A stretch of 64,000 nucleotides of DNA from a virus: IMG/VR virus record IMGVR_UViG_3300021959_008125, positions 21,866 through 85,865 of that record, one strand, 5' to 3'. Positions 59,756 to 64,000 of the stretch are shown one piece after another; position 1 is the stretch's first letter; every line of letters begins with the position of its first letter. The position numbers and the translations under genes were made by a program. Under the pieces are notes generated by a model. That model ran no database searches. It worked only from the letters and a program-made list of their open reading frames with translations, and was not told the DNA's origin.

Positions 59756-60269
59756 TCAGACAGGAGCTGAAATAGCTGATATTTGCGAGTCTATCGGTAG
59801 ATGGCCTACTCGCATTATTACTAATAAAAGACCTAAGCACTTAAGAACCATAGATCCTAGAATTACTCAGCATGGTTATTTAGAAATGTCTAATAAACCA
59901 ACCTTTAATGAATATCATGAAATACTTCAATATTTAAATGATCCTATTATTACTTTACATGGATGGCTAAGAATAATGCCTCCTGGAGTTTGTGATGCGT
60001 TTGAAATTTTTAATGGTCATCCCGGACTAATTACTAAGTATCCAGAACTTAAAGGTAAAGATCCTCAAGTAAAAGCTTTTTCAGCTCAATATAAAGAGAT
60101 TGGTTCTGTTATACATAAAGTAGATGCAGGAGTAGACGAAGGTCCTGTATTAGCAGAATCGAGTATTTTTATTGGCGGATTCAGTTTAGAGGATTATTAT
60201 AAAGAACTTAAGATATTAAGTTTAGAACTTTGGGAAGATTTCTTGAGAGAACGTTTAAATATCGAGTAA
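59724..60269 (+). CDS. PurN-like formyltransferase, candidate preQ1 formyltransferase (DpdN-like)
   Basis: FSQTG, LHGWLRI, NGHPGL, G.VIH.VD.GVDEGPV; overlaps the dpdA-like gene. Confidence 0.8.
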   Translation: MEKRQWVAYFSQTGAEIADICESIGRWPTRIITNKRPKHLRTIDPRITQHGYLEMSNKPTFNEYHEILQYLNDPIITLHGWLRIMPPGVCDAFEIFNGHPGLITKYPELKGKDPQVKAFSAQYKEIGSVIHKVDAGVDEGPVLAESSIFIGGFSLEDYYKELKILSLELWEDFLRERLNIE

Positions 60270-60288
60270 TTTTTCGTATATTATTATT

Positions 60289-60807
60289 ATGGTAAAAAGA
60301 ATAGCATTAGTTGGAGCAAGTAGTACAGGTAAAACAACTGTTTATGAATTACTTAAGACTAAGCTACCTAAGTATGAATTTGTAAACGAATCTACTAGAA
60401 CAGTAGGTAATTATGGTTTTCCTATTAATGAGGCTGGTACTTCTGAAACTCAATTAGCTATCAGTAGCTTCCATTTAGAAGCATTACTACAACCTTATAA
60501 TCTTGTATTAGACAGATGTTATATGGATCTAGTAGCATACTCTAGATTCATGCCTAATATAAGCAAAGAGACGTTAAAATATATCTTAGATACATGGCAA
60601 AGGGTTAAAAATGAATATACTCATTATGTATATTTTCCTATCGAATTCGACTCTGTTGATGATGGAGTTAGAAGTATTGACGAGCAGTGGAGAAAAGATA
60701 TAGATGATGAGTTTTTTGAGATGCTGCAAGATGTAAGACAACCTTACTTATCTGTTACAGGATCTCCTATGCAAAGAGTAGAACAAATATTAGAATTTAT
60801 AAAATGA
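60289..60807 (+). CDS. P-loop nucleotide kinase (AAA_28/NadR-like, candidate dNMP kinase)
   Basis: GASSTGKTT, E..R, DRC..D, DDGVR, G....R. Confidence 0.75.
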   Translation: MVKRIALVGASSTGKTTVYELLKTKLPKYEFVNESTRTVGNYGFPINEAGTSETQLAISSFHLEALLQPYNLVLDRCYMDLVAYSRFMPNISKETLKYILDTWQRVKNEYTHYVYFPIEFDSVDDGVRSIDEQWRKDIDDEFFEMLQDVRQPYLSVTGSPMQRVEQILEFIK

Positions 60808-61715
60808 GTGAAGTTAAAAATTACCAAGAAGTAGTAGAGATTGCATCAAAGCACTTAGGACAAGTCGGAGGAGCTGGTTATTCAGATCAATACAATCCTG
60901 AACTACTAGTAAAAGTTCCTAGATACTTAAACAGAGAGGGTTATGGTTTAACATCAGATAGTTTTTTAGGTGTGGATACCTGGAACTGTTACGAAGTATC
61001 AGCGATTACTACCAAAGGTCAGCCTGTTGCCGGAATGCTTAAAATTGTATGTCCTGCAGATTCGGAGTTTCACGTAGAATCTAAGTCAATTAAGTTATAT
61101 TTAAACTCTTTTAATATGACTCAGATTGGCGATAATGCTGCTGATTGTATTAAAGCTATAGAAGCTACAGTTAAAAGAGATTTAGATGAATTATTAGAAA
61201 CTAATACTACAGTTTCATTTTATGCTTCTAATGATGAAGGTGAGGCTCTATCTTTTGAAGGATATCAAGATTTAGGAGATGTTGTAGATTTAGACCAAAT
61301 AGATTTTACCGCATTTAAGTCTGATGCTTCTCAGTTAATGGTTGAAGATACTGATGATGAAGCTAAAGTAATTAAATTTAAATCTAATCTACTTAGATCT
61401 AATTGTAGAGTTACTAATCAACCAGATTGGGGTGATGTATTTATCTACTTAAAAGGAAAAAAACTACCTGCAGCAGATTCGTTAGCAAAATATATAGTAA
61501 GTCATAGAACAGTAAGTCATTTTCATGAAGAAATATGCGAGATGGTTTACAAACATATATCAGATGCATATGAACCTGAGCAGTTAATGGTTGCTTGTCT
61601 TTATACTAGAAGAGGAGGTTTAGATATTAATCCGATTAGAGCATCTCATTCTATGCTAATACCAGAATTTTTTATTAATCCTGATTATAGAATTACTAAA
61701 ACTTTAAGACAGTAA
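60804..61715 (+). CDS. queF: preQ0 nitrile reductase (bimodular QueF)
   Basis: D.W..YE.S, ESKSIKLYLNS, LRSNCRVTNQPDWG, FHEE, YTRRGGLDINP. Confidence 0.95.
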   Translation: MSEVKNYQEVVEIASKHLGQVGGAGYSDQYNPELLVKVPRYLNREGYGLTSDSFLGVDTWNCYEVSAITTKGQPVAGMLKIVCPADSEFHVESKSIKLYLNSFNMTQIGDNAADCIKAIEATVKRDLDELLETNTTVSFYASNDEGEALSFEGYQDLGDVVDLDQIDFTAFKSDASQLMVEDTDDEAKVIKFKSNLLRSNCRVTNQPDWGDVFIYLKGKKLPAADSLAKYIVSHRTVSHFHEEICEMVYKHISDAYEPEQLMVACLYTRRGGLDINPIRASHSMLIPEFFINPDYRITKTLRQ

Positions 61716-61972
61716 TGGCAGTAGAAACACAGGAAGTAATTGAATTAATAGCAGAAAGAATGCCACCTGGCGATAATTGGGAGCTATTGATAGATAGAGG
61801 TAACACAATTGAAGGGTTAGTACAGACATTAACTCAATATATGCGTAAGACTAAATTTAAAGGTCACTATAGATTAGAGCCTTTAAACGGTAAGCTTTTT
61901 ATTATTAAAGAACAGCAGATTGACGTTCCGGAACCTGAACCAGAAGTTTGGGATTTATACGGAGAATATTAA
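61715..61972 (+). CDS. Hypothetical protein
   Basis: 85 aa ORF, ER.PPGD.W. Confidence 0.65.
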   Translation: MAVETQEVIELIAERMPPGDNWELLIDRGNTIEGLVQTLTQYMRKTKFKGHYRLEPLNGKLFIIKEQQIDVPEPEPEVWDLYGEY

Positions 61973-61973
61973 G

Positions 61974-62001
61974 AAAGAGGTTGGTTTATCCAACCTTTTT
62001 T
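61974..62001 (+). terminator. Rho-independent terminator overlapping the next promoter
   Basis: AAAGAGGTTGG-tttat-CCAACCTTTTT; TTG at 61981 and TATATT at 62004. Confidence 0.8.
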
Positions 62002-62026
62002 CGTATATTAAAGTATAATTAAGGTT

Positions 62027-62395
62027 ATGTGTAAAGTTACATGGTGTAATACCCCTATAGAAGAAGGAGCTCACTTTGCTACTAAGTACTGTAAAGTTCA
62101 TAGACAGTATAAGACATACGGTAAAAATGCTCCTAGAAGACCTTGGCTATTTTATAAGACAGAAAGGGTAGTAGCAGGTAATTTAAAATGTGAAAGCTGT
62201 GGTTATGACCCTACGGAATTTTATTCTAGAACTTTAAAAGAATTGAGTGGTTTATTTGACGTAGATCACATAAATTCTAATACTAAACATACTGTAGAAG
62301 GAGAACAACCCTCTAACTATCAACTTGTTTGTAAACATTGTCATATACTTAAATCATATGACGAAGGTGATTTTATTAGAAAAGATTTTAGATAA
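62027..62395 (+). CDS. HNH endonuclease (Zn-binding)
   Basis: CESC...DVDHIN...NYQLVCKHCH..KS. Confidence 0.85.
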   Translation: MCKVTWCNTPIEEGAHFATKYCKVHRQYKTYGKNAPRRPWLFYKTERVVAGNLKCESCGYDPTEFYSRTLKELSGLFDVDHINSNTKHTVEGEQPSNYQLVCKHCHILKSYDEGDFIRKDFR

Positions 62396-64000
62396 ATGCA
62401 ATTAGAAAAAAAGTACTATACCGTCCAAGACTCTGAGACGTTAAAGTTAATGTTCCAACACATTCAAGAGTCAGAAGTAATAGCAGTCGATACAGAGACC
62501 TCCGGTCTTAATCCTAGAAAGAATAAAATTGTAGGATGGTCACTATCTGGTGATGAAGGTATCGGTTTCTATATTCCTACTTTAGTTTGGAATTTTGAGA
62601 AAGGTGAACTAGAGTTACAGACTATTGACGGTACTTCTACCGAAACTATCTCTAAAAATCTACTCAAAGCATTAAAAGGTAAAAAGCTTGTATTTCACAA
62701 TGCTTCTTTCGACGTTCAGTTTATTAAAAACTACTTCGGTGTAGATTTACTACCAGACGTTTGGGTTGATACTGGATTACTTGTACATACAGTTTACGAG
62801 GAGGGTGCTTTTGGATTCGGTAACCCTTTTGGACTAAAGTCCATAGCGATAATGAACCAAGAAGCTCTTGGACTAAATGTCGAAGAGGCTGCTAACCAAG
62901 AACAAATTGAACTAAAAGAAAGTATTAAGAAAAATGGTGGTTCTGTTACTAAAGAAAGTTTTGAGATCTATAAAGCAGATCTTGAGATACTCAGCAAATA
63001 CGCTTCTGCTGATACTGACCTTACCCTTCGCATTTGCAATCTATATTTGGATAAGCTTAGAGATGAAGGACTTGAGAAATTCTTCTTTGAAGAGGAAGTA
63101 ATGCCTATATACCGTGAGGTTACTGTACCTATGGAGGCTTACGGAGTAGATTTAGATACGGAACTTATCGACCGTATTCACGATGAAATCGTAGAAGATC
63201 AGAAAAAGAATAAAGAGATAGTTATGAAGTCTCTTTTAGCTATACCTGAAGTCAAAGAGTGGGTAGTAGCTACGTCTATGGAAAACTATCCTGTCTCGCA
63301 TAAAGGTAATTGGGCTCAGAGTTTAGTAGAAAGATATTCTCTACCTTTACCTAAATCTGAAAAAACTGGTAAGTATTCTCTTACTGCAAAGTATATTAAC
63401 GAACTAGAAGATTCAAACGTCAAGCAATTCCTACTAACCGGAGACGATACCCTTATTGACGATATTGAAAAAGCTAGAATCTCTATGGCTCTATGGAAAG
63501 AGTCTAATGACGGAGACTATATTAATATACAATCTAAAAAGCACTTGGGTGAAATCGTCTTCGGTTACATGGGAATCAAACCTAAAGTATCAGGAGCTAA
63601 TACTAAATCTGGTCGAGATAAGTTCGACATGGATATGGTTGAAGAACTCGCTAAAGAATATCCTTGGGCTGAAAACCTACGCATCTATAATAAGTTATTA
63701 AAGATCAAATCTACCTACGTAGACAGGTTTAGAGACCGTCAGGAAGATGGTAGATACTACTTTTACTTTAAACAAAACGGTACTGTATCAGGCCGCTACG
63801 GTTCTGATGCCCAGCAGCTACCTAAACCTCTTGAACCAGGTGAAGATGCCCCTGTAATCGAAAAGTACGTTAATATTGTTCGTGCTTTCTTGATTGCCGG
63901 AAAAAGTAGAAAGGTAATTGATTGTGACTACGAATCTCTTGAACCTCACTGTTTTGCTTCTGTAACTGGAGATAAGAAACTTCAAGAAATCTTTAATAAT
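62396..64000 (+). CDS. polA: Family A DNA polymerase with 3'-5' exonuclease, 3' truncated (not in ORF track)
   Basis: ATG at 62396; ExoI DTETSG, ExoII FHNASFD, ExoIII YASAD; GTVSGRY; motif A DCDYESLEPH. Confidence 0.92.
   Translation, partial: MQLEKKYYTVQDSETLKLMFQHIQESEVIAVDTETSGLNPRKNKIVGWSLSGDEGIGFYIPTLVWNFEKGELELQTIDGTSTETISKNLLKALKGKKLVFHNASFDVQFIKNYFGVDLLPDVWVDTGLLVHTVYEEGAFGFGNPFGLKSIAIMNQEALGLNVEEAANQEQIELKESIKKNGGSVTKESFEIYKADLEILSKYASADTDLTLRICNLYLDKLRDEGLEKFFFEEEVMPIYREVTVPMEAYGVDLDTELIDRIHDEIVEDQKKNKEIVMKSLLAIPEVKEWVVATSMENYPVSHKGNWAQSLVERYSLPLPKSEKTGKYSLTAKYINELEDSNVKQFLLTGDDTLIDDIEKARISMALWKESNDGDYINIQSKKHLGEIVFGYMGIKPKVSGANTKSGRDKFDMDMVEELAKEYPWAENLRIYNKLLKIKSTYVDRFRDRQEDGRYYFYFKQNGTVSGRYGSDAQQLPKPLEPGEDAPVIEKYVNIVRAFLIAGKSRKVIDCDYESLEPHCFASVTGDKKLQEIFNN

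Noticed and set aside
59724-60269. De novo purine synthesis gene purN
   Set aside because: No other pur genes are in the window, and the overlap with the dpdA-like gene favours a preQ1-formylating paralog.
63456-63701. 81 aa ORF, and similar nested + strand ORFs at 26494, 26719, 32005, 35969, 37999, 55984 and 58296
   Set aside because: They are alternative frames inside longer motif-bearing genes; 63456 lies within polA.
1-64000. Stop codon reassignment, as in some Bacteroidota phages
   Set aside because: Conserved genes are full length under the standard code, and TAG, TGA and TAA all end genes at expected positions.
1-64000. CRISPR array, integrase, IS element or diversity-generating retroelement
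   Set aside because: No regularly spaced repeats and no recombinase, transposase or reverse transcriptase motifs were seen.

Overview
This 64 kb AT-rich window comes from a large contractile-tailed (myovirus-type) phage, and all credible genes lie on the + strand. A Bacteroidota/Flavobacteriia host is inferred from recurrent TTG-N19-21-TAnnTT promoters and a Flavobacteria-type TonB-dependent receptor. In order, it contains: (1) a ~14 kb glycan synthesis and modification cluster (glycosyltransferases, Ugd, sulfotransferase, NeuA/NeuB, radical SAM, aminotransferase, methyltransferase); (2) a tail module (sheath, tube, chaperone with a likely frameshift, tape measure, baseplate); (3) replication genes (short divergent PolA, SSB, UvsX/RecA, 5'-3' exonuclease, DnaB-like helicase, NrdB/NrdA, thioredoxin); (4) queC, tRNA-Glu and a sulfation/carbamoylation block; (5) Ser/Thr/Gly-rich virion proteins; and (6) a 7-deazaguanine DNA hypermodification region (queD, queE, folE, queF, dpdA-like, PurN-like formyltransferase, kinase, NTP pyrophosphohydrolase). 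Region 6 is interleaved with a lipoprotein nuclease, a TonB receptor and a purine PRTase, and ends in a second, full-size PolA cut by the window edge. The most striking unexplained signal is non-coding. Two near-identical leader motifs, ahead of the queD-queE operon and of folE, match the class I preQ1 riboswitch aptamer, and a third H-type pseudoknot sits ahead of queC. Together they suggest phage-encoded riboswitch feedback control of a DNA-modification pathway. All calls are from motif recognition by eye; no database searches were run.
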